From: Eledone cirrhosa
Taxonomy: Eukaryota
Assembly: GCA_964016885.1 (NCBI GenBank)
Contig: OZ024741.1
Span: forward strand, 109,740,001 to 109,804,000
Direction: 5' to 3'
Length of the DNA: 64,000 nt
Shown here: positions 30,118-45,995 of the stretch, in pieces
Layout: each line of letters starts with the position of its first letter
Numbering within the stretch: the stretch's first letter is position 1
The notes under the pieces: generated by a model
Told to the model about the DNA's origin: nothing
The model's database searches: none
The model's input: only the letters and a program-made list of their open reading frames with translations
Made by a program: the position numbers and the translations under genes

Positions 30118-31479
30118 ATAAATCGAAAATATAGATAGATACATGGAAGTATATGTATACATTTACACATATGCATGCATACATATAAGCATGCACACTC
30201 ACACACACACACACACAAACACACATACATATATATATATAGTACATCTTGACTTACATAGTTTCGTCAATCTAGCCGAACCGACGTTTGTCTCTACACA
30301 CTTGCTCCCCAGTGGGACGGTGTTAGCATAGTTTGGGAACCACCCCGTTAACAGATGCCAGGGTATCAGACACGCTGCATCCTGAGAATGTAGCAGTGGT
30401 GGGTGGTGAAGCCCGGTGAGTAGAGGGGTGAGAGTGAAGGAGGGAGTCTAGCACTAGTTGTTCACATTTAAGTGGATGCGGGTATGGTTTGACGGTGAGG
30501 GTTAGTTGGATGGATGGTTTAGTGTTAACGATATGTATATATCACAAGAGGGTTGATTGTAGTAAACAGATAGAGGGATGGACGGAGAAAAGAATAGATA
30601 GATGGGTTGAAAAGGAAAGCAGCCGATGGTCATATCAAACCATGGAAACTATCTGTTAGTTCCAACTCCTGGTGGGAGGAGCAACGTAAAGTCGAGTATT
30701 TTTCACAAGTAATCGAACATGCGACCTCATAATCATAAATCCTACAGCTTAACCACTGGCCACGCGCCTTCACAAAAACCAAAAAGGAACTAATCGTCAG
30801 ATCGAACCGAATAACAATGTTTCCGGTGCTGATATTATCTGCTGGTCGCAACTCCTGGTAGAAGGAGCAAAGTGAAAACAAGTATTTTGTTTAAAAACAC
30901 AACACACCGCCTTGTCCAGGAAACGAATCTCTCGATCCTATAGATCGTAAGTCCAAAACCCTGACCACTAGGCTACAACAAAGCCCACCACAGATGGGAT
31001 AGTGTAGATAGGAATATAGACAGACAGAAAATCTGATAGGGGTGTAGAGAGACAGATATAGAAACGTTGGTGGGCAGGCGGATGGATAGACAGATAGTTA
31101 GGATCCTAGACAGACAGATTTCTAAATATACACAGAAAGATAGACAAATAGACTGGCTGGTATGTGGGTACTTAGATGGACAGGTGAGTGAGGGGGTAGG
31201 TAGATAGATCGATTGATCGATATATAGGCAGACATAGTGACAGATATACAGATAGAAATAGGCATGCAAACGTATAAACATGAGTGCATATGTTTGTGCG
31301 CGTGTGTGTACAGATCAACAGGTATGCATAAAGATAAGGAGGTATAGAGCAGAGCAGCTATGAAATAGCCAAGTGCACGTGTGTAAACAGACAAATGTAC
31401 ATATATTGAGAAACACACTGTTTACTTATGGGTACATGGGTGGTGAACAAGTGAACAGGTGTGTAGTCATTGCCACAGA

Positions 31480-32646
31480 CACACACAGCCGTCTCACACA
31501 CACAGCCGTCTCACACACACAGCCGTCTCACACACAACCGTCTCACACACACAGCCGTCTCACACACACAACCGTCTCACACACACAGCCGTCTCACACA
31601 CACAACCGTCTCACACACACAACCGTCTCACACACACAACCGTCTCACACACACAGCCGTCTCACACACACAACCGTCTCACACACACAGCCGTCTCACA
31701 CACACAGCCGTCTCACACACACAACCGTCTCACACACACAGCCGTCTCACACACACAACCGTCTCACACACACAACCGTCTCACACACACGGCCGTCTCA
31801 CACACACAACCGTCTCACACACACAGCCGTCTCACACACACAACCGTCTCACACACACAACCGTCTCACACACACAGCCGTCTCACACACACAACCGTAT
31901 CACACACACAGCCGTCTCACACACAGCCGTCTCACACACACAACCGTCTCACACACACAACCGTCTCACACACACAGCCGTCTCACACACACAGCCGTCT
32001 CACACACACGGCCGTCTCACACACAGCCGTCTCACACACACGGCCGTCTCACACACACAACCGTCTCACACACACAACCGTCTCACACACACAACCGTCT
32101 CACACACACAACCGTCTCACACACACAGCCATCTCACACACACAACCGTCTCACACACACAACCGTCTCACACACACGGCCGTCTCACATACACAACCGT
32201 CTCACACACACAGCCGTCTCACACACACGGCCGTCTCACTCACACAACCGTCTCACACACACAGCCGTCTCACACACAGCCGTCTTACACACACAACCGT
32301 CTCACACACACAGCCGTCTCACACACACAGCCGTCTCATACACACAACCGTCTCACACACACATCCGTCTCACACACACAACCGTCTCACACACACAGCC
32401 GTCTCACACACACAACCGTCTCACACACACGGCCGTCTCACACACACAACCGTCTCACACACACAGCCGTCTCACACACACAACCGTCTCACACACACAG
32501 CCGTCTCACACACACAGCCGTCTCACACACACAACCGTATCACACACACAGCCGTCTCACACACAGCCGTCTCACACACACAACCGTCTCACACACACAA
32601 CCGTCTCACACACACAGCCGTCTCACACACACACATCCGTCTCACA
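31480..32646. repeat. 17-bp minisatellite (CACACACACA[A/G]CCGTCT)n
   Basis: Read directly. It explains the three overlapping 400-aa HTQPSHT ORFs. Confidence 0.95.
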
Positions 32647-32739
32647 TATTCAATCTGCTGGAATATATTTGATCATAGATTTGTTGGATGAAGACTGAGA
32701 CTGACAAAGGATTAAACACCAGCGATGGCGAAAGATTTA

Positions 32740-33205
32740 TCATGGATGTGCTGGATCAGGACAGACCTATGTTTAAACAACAGCGATAGGGAAGGATATG
32801 TAATAAATGTGCTGGGTCAAGACAGACCTAGGGCTAAACAACAGTGATAGGGAAATATATATATATCATAGATGTGCTGGGTCAGGAGAGACCTAGGGCT
32901 AAACAACAGTGATAGGGAAATATATATATCATAGACGTGCTGGGTCAGGAGAGACCTAGGGCTAAACAACAATGATAGGGAAATATATATATCATAGATG
33001 TGCTGGGTCAGGAGAGACCTAGGGCTAAACAACAGTGATAGGGAAAATATATATATCATAGACGTGCTGGGTCAGGAGAGACCTAGGGCTAAACAACAGC
33101 GATAGGGAAGGATATGTAATAGATGTGCTGGGTCAGGACAGACCTAGGGCTAAACAGCGATAGGGAAGGAACCAGCATAGATGTGCTGGGTCAGACTAAA
33201 CAAAC
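32740..33205. repeat. Minisatellite of 58-65 bp, about 8 copies
   Basis: GATGTGCTGGGTCAGGAGAGACCTAGGGCTAAACAACAGTGATAGGGAA recurs at 32750, 32811, 32876, 32939, 33002, 33066, 33127 and 33185. Confidence 0.92.
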
Positions 33206-33474
33206 ATGATGTTAAATAAAAACAATGAGGATACATTAAGTAAATGTAGCCGTACATGTGCGCGCGAGTGTGTGAGTGAGTGTATTTATGTATGTGAAAG
33301 GATGAGCTATAGCTCACTCCTCTCACGTCACATCTAGCTTCCCCCTCACTGCAGGGAATACGTGCAACTACAATGTCTTCTACACAACTCACCATTGCGT
33401 GTGTTCCGAATGAATTTGATGAGCAAGTTGTAAACAACAAGATCGAAATCACTGGATATCGATCTAACCCTTAT

Positions 33475-33509
<35 letters not shown>

Positions 33510-33846
33510 TGGGGTTTACACGCACGTATAATCCCAGACCGGGCGGCGCATTGTATCCTTGAGCAAGAATCTTTATTTCATATTTTCCAGTTCACTCAGC
33601 TGTAGAAATGAGTTATAACGTCACTGGTGCCAAGCTGTCTTTTCCTTCGACGACAGCTGTGATGGAGAGGGGAGACTAGTATGTATGGCTGACTGCTGGT
33701 CTTCTAAACACCTTGTCCGGGCGTGTGTCTCGGAGTGGAACTTTCTTGTTGCAAATCCCATGCTCATATATATAACAAGTTTATATAGAAATGGCTTTTA
33801 CAGGACTAGAACAATTCCATTCGAATGAAACAGTTCCAGTTCTAGA

Positions 33847-33885
<39 letters not shown>

Positions 33886-33935
33886 ATATTAAAATACAAA
33901 TATTAATAAAATAGATGTTCTTTTTGATCAATTAC

Positions 33936-33988
33936 ATTTTATTATCCATATTTCGGATGTACAATAGTACGTCCTCATCAGACAAAAT
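33936..33988 (-). ncRNA. Minimal type I hammerhead, canonical core
   Basis: Minus strand: ATTTTGT-CTGATGA-GGACGTAC tatt GTACATCC-GAAAT atgg ATA-ATAAAAT. Stem I is 7 bp and stem II is 8 bp with one mismatch. Confidence 0.75.
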
Positions 33989-34395
33989 ATAATGATACAT
34001 GACATACCCTGAGATGTTAAATGGTTAAGATTTAATCAGGGTAGTGATTAACCTAAGAGAAAGTTTAACATTTATACCCGTTTAACATATATATATGTAT
34101 ATGTGTGTGTGTGGGGGTGGGTGGGTGTGTGTGTGTGTGTATAACATTAAACTGCAGTCAGTGACAAGGCTCTAGTTCGAGAATTCAGGAGCTGTGGGGA
34201 ATGTGGAGTTACATCCTAGTTGTTATCACTTCCAGGCCTGCTCTGGCCCGGAGTAGTAGTGTCTGTTAAGGCCCCATTTATGGGTTAAGTAATTACCTTA
34301 CTCGAGTGGCGCCGGTAAGCTATCATCAGCCATTGAAAAGAACCAATCTCGAGAATATTACCCGCCCTAGATAAACAAATAAATATATATATATA

Positions 34396-34439
<44 letters not shown>

Positions 34440-34603
34440 GAAAAACATGGGCGGAGGTGGTGAGAACAGACCTCAGATCATTGAAGCTCACGGTGGAGAT
34501 GACGAAGGACCGTGACGAGTGGAGAGATGCTGTGCTGAATAAGACCCGTCTCACCCTTGCAAGCAGGGAAAAGCGGACGTAAAATGATGATGATGATGAT
34601 GAT
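34440..34603 (+). mobile_element. RTE-like LINE extreme 3' end with (GAT)n tail
   Basis: KTWAEVVRTDLRSLKLTVEMTKDRDEWRDAV then ATGATGATGAT. A shorter tail of the same kind is at about 25933-25986. Confidence 0.7.
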
Positions 34604-34731
34604 ATATATATATATATATATACAGAGAGAGAGGGAGGGAGCCGAAACACCACTTGGCTCTGGATTTTACATATCCTCTATACCCGCTCATTTCCCCATA
34701 CATTTGATCTCAACACCGCAAATTTTACATA

Positions 34732-34778
<47 letters not shown>

Positions 34779-35894
34779 GTTTGTGATGGTTGTCGTAGTT
34801 GTGGTAGAGGTGGTCGTTTTGTTGATGATATGATGATGGTCGTGATGGTCTACATTGTCACGGTGATGGTCATGGTAGTGGTCGTCGTCGTCGTCGTGGC
34901 CGTAGTGGTGTTTCTGGTCGACGTCGTCCTGATTCACAGGCTTGTGTATAAAAAGCGTTCCTGCCGTGACCATTCTGTTTGTGCTTTTGACCATAATGTA
35001 ACAATGTATCCTTTTGAAAATTGGAAGAGATTTGGCCCTTATTTCTAACACTACTAGCAAATACATCATTGATTCGATTATAATCATGATGGTGAAGCTT
35101 ATGATTGTATTGGGATTGTTAGTAGTAAATATTGGGGGGGGGGATAAATATACAGCCAGTCAGCTTTGCGCCACCCCACATACACACATACATACTCACG
35201 GGTACACACACACACACACTCACAGACAGGCACACTCACACACAGTCACACACGGGCAAATATACTTACACACTCACATACAAACACACACACTCAGCCA
35301 CACGCGGAGGGTTGGAGAAAGAGAGATAGATGGTGTGAGGGGGAGAGTTAATGAGTGACGAGAGAAGAACACGGCACCCCGACACCCTAACGCCTTCTCA
35401 CCGATCCCCCACCCACCTCGGGGGGGACACTAACACCCTGCCAATCTGACGCCCCAAACGAAAGGTAGGAAAGGAGAGGAGAATATGAGGGTAGGCCTTT
35501 TTATTCCCCCTTCGCTAATTCTCTATCTCTCTCTATCTCTCTCTCCCACTCCCTCTCTCTCTCTCTCTGAGTCCCTCTCACTCACTAACTACCTTTCTAT
35601 CTATTTATTGCTCTCTCTCTCTCTTTCTCTTTCTCAATCTTACTTCCTCTATATCTCGCTTTGTTATCTCACACCCTACTCACACCCATCAACTTCAGAA
35701 AGGATAAAGATGCGAGGGGACAGCCTGGATTGATTCTGGGGAGGGGTTGAAATGTTAGGGTGTAAAAGTCGTGCAGTCACCTCCCTAGCCGACGTCTTTA
35801 TTCCCCCTACCCAAAGCCCCACACCCAACCATCACATTCACCTCTAGCACCATCGACATAAATCAAAGCTCATAACAGTCAATAAAAACAATTA

Positions 35895-36275
35895 TAATAT
35901 TGGTAGTGGTGGTAGCGGTCGTGGCGGTCATGGTAGTGATGGTGGTGCTGGAAGTGGTAGTGATGAAGCTGGCGGTAATAAGTAGTGATGGTGGTAGAAC
36001 TGAGGGTGTTAGTGGTAGTGGTGATGCTGGTCGTGTTGGTAGTGGTGATTGTTGTCGTGATGGTGATGGTGTTAGTGATCATGGTATTGTCGGTGTTGGG
36101 ATTGATGGTTGTGTTGGTGGTAGTGTTGATGGAGACCATGGTATTGGTGGTCATGTTGGTGGTGGTGGCGGTGGTGGCGGTCATAGTAGTGGTGGTGGTA
36201 ATAGTGTTGGTGATAATGCATGGAATGATGGTGACGGTGATAGTGACGGTGATGCTGGTGGTGGTGGATTTGATA
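35895..36275. repeat. Degenerate (GGT/GAT)n trinucleotide low-complexity tract
   Basis: Read directly. It yields poly-V/G/T ORFs in several frames. Confidence 0.85.
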
Positions 36276-36647
36276 TGTACGTCACTCCTCTCCTCACTAG
36301 CGATATATTGTATATGGGAAAGGCAAGAACCCAAACCTCTTAGCACCAGCATTAGTCTTAGATGACTGAGACGTTTTAACAACAATCATGTCGCGGGCGA
36401 ACTCAGAATAGAATGTACAATTCAATTCAAAAGAATTACGAAGCCCTTCGAATTCGTAATTCTTTCTGGCTGTTTAGATGATATACCTATCTTCTGTTAA
36501 GAACGCAAATTGTTTCAAGATCGATTTAAGATATTTATTTATGTTTTCGGAGAAAAAACTTGGATCTGGCCTGTTTATCTTTCCATATAACCAATGTGTA
36601 CATTTATATACATATTCATGTAGTCTCGGTTACATCTATATTATTGA

Positions 36648-36719
<72 letters not shown>

Positions 36720-36763
36720 TGACTGTGTATATATATATATATATATATGTATATACGGTATAC

Positions 36764-36807
<44 letters not shown>

Positions 36808-36865
36808 GGGTATACCGTAAGCGGTAGGCCGTTTGAGCACTCGATGCTCTTACAGAGCAGAGTAT

Positions 36866-37135
36866 GATATCACATAAGAAACGGAGAATCAGTGTTGCGA
36901 CGAATAAAATTTATTAGACATATTACAATCGTTTCTCTGGCGACCAGCTCGAGGCACGATCGATGTAATGATCGAACCTGACTCTGAAATCGCAAGGTCC
37001 TCAGATACGTCTCGACTCTACGAAGAGTCAGGTTCGATCATTACATCGATCGTGCCTCGAGTTGGTCGCCAGAGAAACGATAGTAATATGTCTAATAAAT
37101 TGTATTCGTCGCAACACTGATTCTCCGTTTCTTAT

Positions 37136-37143
<8 letters not shown>
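36866..37143. mobile_element. pLTR-like foldback with about 120-bp inverted arms
   Basis: 36866-36985 is mirrored by 37024-37143. It is preceded by GAGCACTCGAT and flanked by (AT)n. Confidence 0.85.
36916..37012 (-). ncRNA. Type I hammerhead with long stem II insertion
   Basis: Minus strand: AGACGTAT-CTGAGGA-cctt GCGA ... TCGC caga-GAAAC gatt GTA-ATATGTCT. Confidence 0.7.
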
Positions 37144-37208
<65 letters not shown>

Positions 37209-37452
37209 GTGTGTGTGTGTGTATGTGTCAAAATTGCACACCAAATTTGCAATTTTGCGCATTACGATGATATTGCATAACATTGAGACCAGACTGTACG
37301 TAAAACAAGCCGCTGGAAAGATGCATATAACTTCACGAAGAGAGGGGGGGGTGCGTGTGTGCGTGTGTGTGATTTCGTAATAAATACCCAAAGTTGGTAG
37401 AGCACTCGATCCGAGAGACGAGTTGTGATATATAAGATTTTTTTTATATCAA

Positions 37453-37594
37453 AAGTACATTTTCCGAATACACGAGTCTCACTGGGTGAGTCTAATAGAC
37501 CCTCTCAGCTCTACAGATCGGACATCTTAAAAGCTTTAAGGTGGTCGAACTGAGAAGCTGAGAGGGTCTACCCAGGCGTATTCGGAAAACGTAC
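37453..37594. repeat. Imperfect inverted repeat following a GGTAGAGCACTCGAT motif
   Basis: GTACATTTTCCGAATAC..TAGACCCTCTCAGCT pairs with AGCTGAGAGGGTCTA..GTATTCGGAAAACGTAC. Confidence 0.75.
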
Positions 37595-37872
37595 AGTTAA
37601 TATAATATGCGTGTGTAGGTGCGTGTACATGTATATTATGCGTGTTTTCAATCTCATGTGAATTGTAATTAATTGAAAAATGGCATAAATTGTTTTGGGT
37701 AGAGTGGAGTAGCATTTTTATAAAGTTAAGTAAGTCTTCGTCAATGGTTACTTTGAGGATTGGCTTCCGCTTGACGAATAGAATTAAGAAATCCCGAGTA
37801 ACGACTTATGCAGTCGTAGCTTTAAGTAATATACATATATATATAAGTGTATATGTGTGTATACATATACAT

Positions 37873-37907
<35 letters not shown>

Positions 37908-38731
37908 CAAGTGGAAGTTCAGTAGAATCGAAGCTCTGGCTGCGGTCAAGCTAACGAATGCAATCCGGAATGTGCAGCTAAGCACTCAATAAGGTAGTTT
38001 CACCTTAGAGTAATAACATACGTTTAGACAGCTTGACAAATTGAAGACTGTGACCAGTGAGCCACAGCAATAATAAAAAGGACCAAAGCAACGAGAAAAC
38101 CAACTATATACAACCAACTCATCCCTCCCCGCTTCCAAACCCTTTATTACATTACCAACATTACTTCTTCTGCTTCTTCTTCTTCGCCCACTTGTTCGTG
38201 AAAGCGGGTCCTTACATGACAATCATATTACATGACAATCATATTTCTGAAATTGCTGTCTGAGGAAGTCCTGTTGGTGGTTGCACGATGAAACCATTAC
38301 GTAATCGTGAACGCCACAGAACCATGTATTATGGATGATTATGGATTATTATGAATAACAAAAATTATGAATGTCTACATCTGGTTTCGTTATTTCATTA
38401 CAGTACAAATATTCCGTGATGGACTAACAAATCGCATTTGCAAGTATTCACATGACGTCGAGTGCTTAATAATCTTGGCATCATCGTTTACTGATTGGTG
38501 GGATGCATACACAACCTAGATATTCAAGATCTTATAACAAATATATATACGTATGTGTGTGTGTGTCTGTGTTTGTACGTCTGCATGTAAGCGAAAAGTA
38601 AACGGAAATATCAAAGCATGCAATAAAATACGATGAAGAATTATATTAGTTTAAGGCTTTATAGAGTGTGTGTATATAACGTTACATACACATATACATA
38701 TATAATTCATATATATTATACCTGTGTGTCT

Positions 38732-38788
<57 letters not shown>

Positions 38789-38926
38789 AAAATGTCCAGA
38801 AATAGCCGTCGGCTTGAGCTCTGCCGTCGGGGTCTTGAACATTTTGCTATTACCCGCTCTACTACCCAAAGTATTGAGTACTCTGGTGCGTTACGGTCCA
38901 CCTGGTTCCTTACCACACTTCCTTCG

Positions 38927-38998
<72 letters not shown>

Positions 38999-39066
38999 AT
39001 ATACATTGACATCTTTATTACACACACACATACATACATACATACATACATACATACATACATACA

Positions 39067-39215
<149 letters not shown>

Positions 39216-39356
39216 AAGCAACAATACGACGACACTGGTTTTGAAATTTGCTTTCGCAAAGATATGGAGTTGGGTTCGAACTAAGCGGCAACTTTGGCAC
39301 GTGTCTTTAACCAAAGCTATGAAAGTGGATTTAGGTTGCCGGAAAAGCGTGTAAGT

Positions 39357-39407
<51 letters not shown>

Positions 39408-39446
39408 GAGAGTCAACGCCCGGCGGCTGGGCTCTTGCCGTTTGAC

Positions 39447-39501
<55 letters not shown>

Positions 39502-39624
39502 TAGAAATATAAACATATATATAAACTCCCACACACACACACATAAATATATATACACATTTTTATTTCTGAATGTATATATATACTATTCCTGCATATA
39601 TATATTAATTATTTCTACACACAC

Positions 39625-39729
<105 letters not shown>

Positions 39730-40468
39730 AATACACAGATATATATATATATACATATATATTATTTTATATACAAATATATCTATTTATATATATAAAT
39801 ATATATATATATTATACATACATATATAACGTATATATAAACATATATACATATATACATATTATATATTGATATATAACGTATATAATATATTTAGATA
39901 TATATATTATACACACATATATCATATATTTACATATATATACATATATATTATACATACACACAAACCCACACGTATATATATGTGTCTGTGTGTGTGT
40001 ATGCGTGTGTGTATAATGCATGTATATGCGTGTGTGTATAATGCATATATATATGTTTATCCAGGGTTCAATCGGGGGTAACCATAGTAAGTAAGGTACT
40101 CAATACATAGCAGAGTATAAATGATGATTTCTCCCGAATGAAACAGTTCTAGTCCTGTACAAGCAATTTATATATATATATATATATATAAATATATATA
40201 TATATACGGATGCACACACACAAACACAAGCAAGTATGTATATTTGTGTTTATGTTTCCCAATGTACGTCACCGTCAGTGTGTGTTTATATTTACACGAG
40301 TCTAAAAAAAAACGATGATTTTTTTTTTTTCCATTTATGTCGCTTTATGTTTCGTCTTTTAGTGTATTTAACTGATATAAAGACCGGGATTCGTTAATAT
40401 TGACTACTTCTTTAGAGTAGCTGCCCCAGCATGGCCGAAGTCTAACGGCTGAAACTAATAGTGATTAA

Positions 40469-40473
<5 letters not shown>

Positions 40474-40567
<94 letters not shown>

Positions 40568-40774
40568 TATATACGTATATATATATATATACGTATATAT
40601 ATATATATACATATATACATATATATATATATATACATATATACATATATATATATATATACATATATACATATATATATATATATACATATATACATAT
40701 ATATATATATATACATATATACATATATATATATATACATATATATATACATATATATATACATATATATATAC

Positions 40775-40827
<53 letters not shown>

Positions 40828-40858
40828 CATATACATATATATATATACATATATATAC

Positions 40859-40889
<31 letters not shown>

Positions 40890-40924
40890 CATATATATAC
40901 ATATATATATATACATATATATAC

Positions 40925-40981
<57 letters not shown>

Positions 40982-40986
40982 TATAC

Positions 40987-41071
<85 letters not shown>

Positions 41072-41072
41072 C

Positions 41073-41127
<55 letters not shown>

Positions 41128-41139
41128 CATATATATACA

Positions 41140-41179
<40 letters not shown>

Positions 41180-41191
41180 CATATATATACA

Positions 41192-41253
<62 letters not shown>

Positions 41254-41278
41254 CATATATATATACATATATATATAC

Positions 41279-41331
<53 letters not shown>

Positions 41332-41376
41332 CATATACATATATACATATACATATATATATATACATATATATAC

Positions 41377-41411
<35 letters not shown>

Positions 41412-41446
41412 CATATATATACATATATATATATACATATATATAC

Positions 41447-41501
<55 letters not shown>

Positions 41502-41553
41502 TATACATATATATATATATGACATATATATATATATATATACATATATATAC

Positions 41554-41586
<33 letters not shown>

Positions 41587-41587
41587 C

Positions 41588-41660
<73 letters not shown>

Positions 41661-42207
41661 TATATACATATATATATACATATATATATACATATATATA
41701 TACATATATATATACATATATATATACATATATATACATATATATATACATATATATATACATATATATATATACATATATATATACATATATATATATA
41801 CATATATATATACATATATATATACATATATATATACATATATACATATATATATACATATATATATACATATATACATATATATATACATATATATATA
41901 CATATATATATACGTATATACATATATACATATATATATACATATATATATACATATATATATACATATATATATACATATATATATACATATATATATA
42001 CATATATATATACATATACATATACATATATATATATACATATATATATACATATATATATACATATATATACATATATATATACATATATATATACATA
42101 TATATATACATATACATATACATATATATATACATATACATATACATATATATATATACATATATATATACATATATATATACATATATATATACATATA
42201 CATATAC

Positions 42208-42240
<33 letters not shown>

Positions 42241-42242
42241 AC

Positions 42243-42302
<60 letters not shown>

Positions 42303-42303
42303 A

Positions 42304-42339
<36 letters not shown>

Positions 42340-42538
42340 CACATATATATATATATATATACACATATATATATATAGAGATATATATACACATATATAT
42401 ATACACATATATATATACACATATATATATACACATATATATATACACATATATATATATATATACCTATATATATACACATATATATATATATACATAT
42501 ATATATATACATATATATATACACATATATATATACAC

Positions 42539-42597
<59 letters not shown>

Positions 42598-42599
42598 CA

Positions 42600-42664
<65 letters not shown>

Positions 42665-42992
42665 CTATATATATATATATATATATATACATATATACAT
42701 ATATATATACATATATATGTACATATACATATATATATACATATATATATACATATATATGTACATATACATATATATATACATATATATGTACATATAT
42801 ATGTACATATATATATGTACATATATATGTACATATACATATATATATACATATATATGTACATATATATGTACATATATATATGTACATATATATGTAC
42901 ATATATATATGTACATATATATGTACATATATATGTACATATATATGTACATATATATATATACATATATATGTATATACATATATATGTAC

Positions 42993-43023
<31 letters not shown>

Positions 43024-43036
43024 CATATATATGTAC

Positions 43037-43067
<31 letters not shown>

Positions 43068-43134
43068 CATATATATATACATATATATATACATATATAT
43101 ATATACATATATATATATACATATATATATATAC

Positions 43135-43218
<84 letters not shown>

Positions 43219-43415
43219 ATACATATATATATATATATACATATATATACATATATATATATACATATATATATATACATATATATACATATATATATAT
43301 ACATATATATACATATATATATACATATATATATATACATATATATATATACATATATATACATATATATATATACATATATATACATATATATATACAT
43401 ATATATATAGATATA

Positions 43416-43503
<88 letters not shown>

Positions 43504-43535
43504 CATATATATATACATATATATATATTATATAC

Positions 43536-43584
<49 letters not shown>

Positions 43585-43599
43585 CATATATATATATAC

Positions 43600-43630
<31 letters not shown>

Positions 43631-43691
43631 CATATATATATATACATATATATATATACATATATATACATATATATATATATACATATAC

Positions 43692-43722
<31 letters not shown>

Positions 43723-43726
43723 CATT

Positions 43727-43786
<60 letters not shown>

Positions 43787-44410
43787 TATATATATATACA
43801 TCTATATATATACATCTATATATATACATCTATATATATATATACATCTATATATATATATATATATACATCTATATATATATATATACATCTATATATA
43901 TATATATATACATCTATATATATACATCTATATATATACATTATATATATATAGATTATATATATACATCTATATATATATACATCTATATATATATACA
44001 TCTATATATATATATACATCTATATATATATATATATATACATCTATATATATATATATACATCTATATATATATATATATACATCTATATATATATATA
44101 TATACATCTATATATATATATATATACATCTATATATATATATATACATCTATATATATATATATATATACATCTATATATATATATATACATCTATATA
44201 TATATATATATACATCTATATATATATACATCTATATATATATATATATACATCTATATATATATACATCTATATATATATATATATATATATACATCTA
44301 TATATATATATATATATACATCTATATATATATATATATATATATATACATCTATATATATATATATACTTCTATATATGTATATATATATATATATATA
44401 TACATCTATA
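40474..44410. repeat. About 3.9-kb compound (AT)n array with CA, GTAC and CATCT variant units
   Basis: Read directly. It is the source of the 300-1100 aa YI-only ORFs. Confidence 0.97.
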
Positions 44411-44634
44411 GCAAGGCCGTATGATTATATTTATATATGTATATACATGCATTATACATACACGCATAAGAGACATACGTATACAAACATTGTATCAATA
44501 TAAATAGACATATATACACGCACACACACACACACACATGCATATTCACACTCACATAAATAACATACATAAATGCATACATACACACATGATATATATA
44601 TTTATATATAATCACATACATAAATAACATGCAT

Positions 44635-44692
<58 letters not shown>

Positions 44693-44748
44693 ATATATGT
44701 ATATATATATAAAGACACTGTATCAATAAATAAGTAATGTTTACTTAC

Positions 44749-45021
44749 CATGAAATACGTCCATTAAAACACACGGAGCATATCTTGCGTGTCTCTTGTG
44801 CTGGTAGTAATAGTAGTAGTAGCTGTACTAGTAGTGTTGTTGTTGTTGTTGGTACCAGTGGTAGTACTCGTGTTGGTTGTAATCCCGTAAGTGTGCTGAT
44901 GAAGTGTAGTAAGTCCAGGTAATTTACCACCATCATCATCAACGCCACACCTGCCTATTGTTATTATTATTATTGCTGCTGTTGTTATTATAGCATTGTC
45001 CAAATCTTCCCGTTTAGCCAT
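44749..45021 (-). CDS. Tentative first coding exon of the BAMBI-like gene
   Basis: Strong donor G|GTAAGT at 44749/44748. The phase-1 frame reads ..LMDVFHG|EIRCHC. The upstream ORF MAKREDLDNAIITTAAIIIITIGRCG is signal-peptide-like but is 1 nt out of frame at a T-run. It is separated from exon 2 by a gap. Confidence 0.3.
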
Positions 45022-45139
45022 ATATAGAAAGGAAGAAGAAAGACACTCCAGCGCTGGTCAAAGAACCAATCTTAAATACCGCTTTGTCTACTAGAACATG
45101 GGCATTCCTTATTTTACAAGCATGTATATATTTAAGAAC

Positions 45140-45191
<52 letters not shown>

Positions 45192-45192
45192 G

Positions 45193-45255
<63 letters not shown>

Positions 45256-45823
45256 ATCGGATATTACATGGAGATCTCTGTATTATTTTTTAGGAATATG
45301 CATTTCCTTGTTGTTGTCATTCGCTTCTTCTATGCCGTTGCCTTAATGTCTTAAAAGCTTGTTTTCTTAGTGTGTGGTGTTCTCGATTGCCTTTGATCTC
45401 GTATGCACAAACATATCTAAAATTGATAATGTATATACATGTGGCTATGTTGTATGTTGTGTGTGTGAGTGTATTTACATATATAAGTCCTCTTTTCACG
45501 TTTTACATGTATATCTCGTGTGTACATAAAATATTACCCGGAGTGTGGCTTTAAACATGTATACACGCACATTATGCGTGCATACATATTTATATATATA
45601 TGAGTGTGTGTGTATACTGCAAGATAGTATTTGGTTGTGACGGTAGTTGGGATATATAGCCGGCGGACAGATGACCAGTAGAGAGAGAGAGAGAAAGAGG
45701 TAAAGAGATAAATATATAAATGTATATGAAAGTAGAAAGACTGTCAGAATAAAGGTAGAGGGAGAGCGGTAGATATTTGTACGTGAAAGACGAGAAACAG
45801 AGTGTGTGTATGTGTTTCTGTAT

Positions 45824-45855
<32 letters not shown>

Positions 45856-45964
45856 TATGTATGTGAAAGGAGGTGAGAGACACACAAGCAGGGAGTTTGT
45901 GTGAGTGTCTGTGTCTGTGTCTGCCTTGTTCTTAGAAAGAAGTTCTACTGGAGACTAAGAGTGA

Positions 45965-45995
<31 letters not shown>

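Noticed and set aside
31373-32698. 400-441 aa His/Thr-rich ORFs; possible CRISPR-like array
   Set aside because: A 17-bp minisatellite open in all three frames, with no unique spacers and no cas genes, in a eukaryotic context.
32740-33205. CRISPR-like repeat spacing
   Set aside because: The units are contiguous tandem copies and differ only in (AT)n length.
35879-36385. Gly-rich or Thr-rich (mucin-like) ORFs
   Set aside because: Degenerate trinucleotide repeat with no splice or domain support. Likewise 24578-24871 and 54683-54949.
38255-38310. CTGAGGA...GAAAC..GTA motif (similar weak ones at about 50000-50040, 51172 and 58300-58335)
   Set aside because: The stems are too poorly paired to call, though they may be older decayed copies.
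40442-44411. Very long ORFs (up to 1118 aa) of Y/I/M/C/V
   Set aside because: These are translations of (AT)n microsatellite, open on both strands and in several frames. The same applies to 2955-4130 and the many other YIYI/HTHT ORFs.
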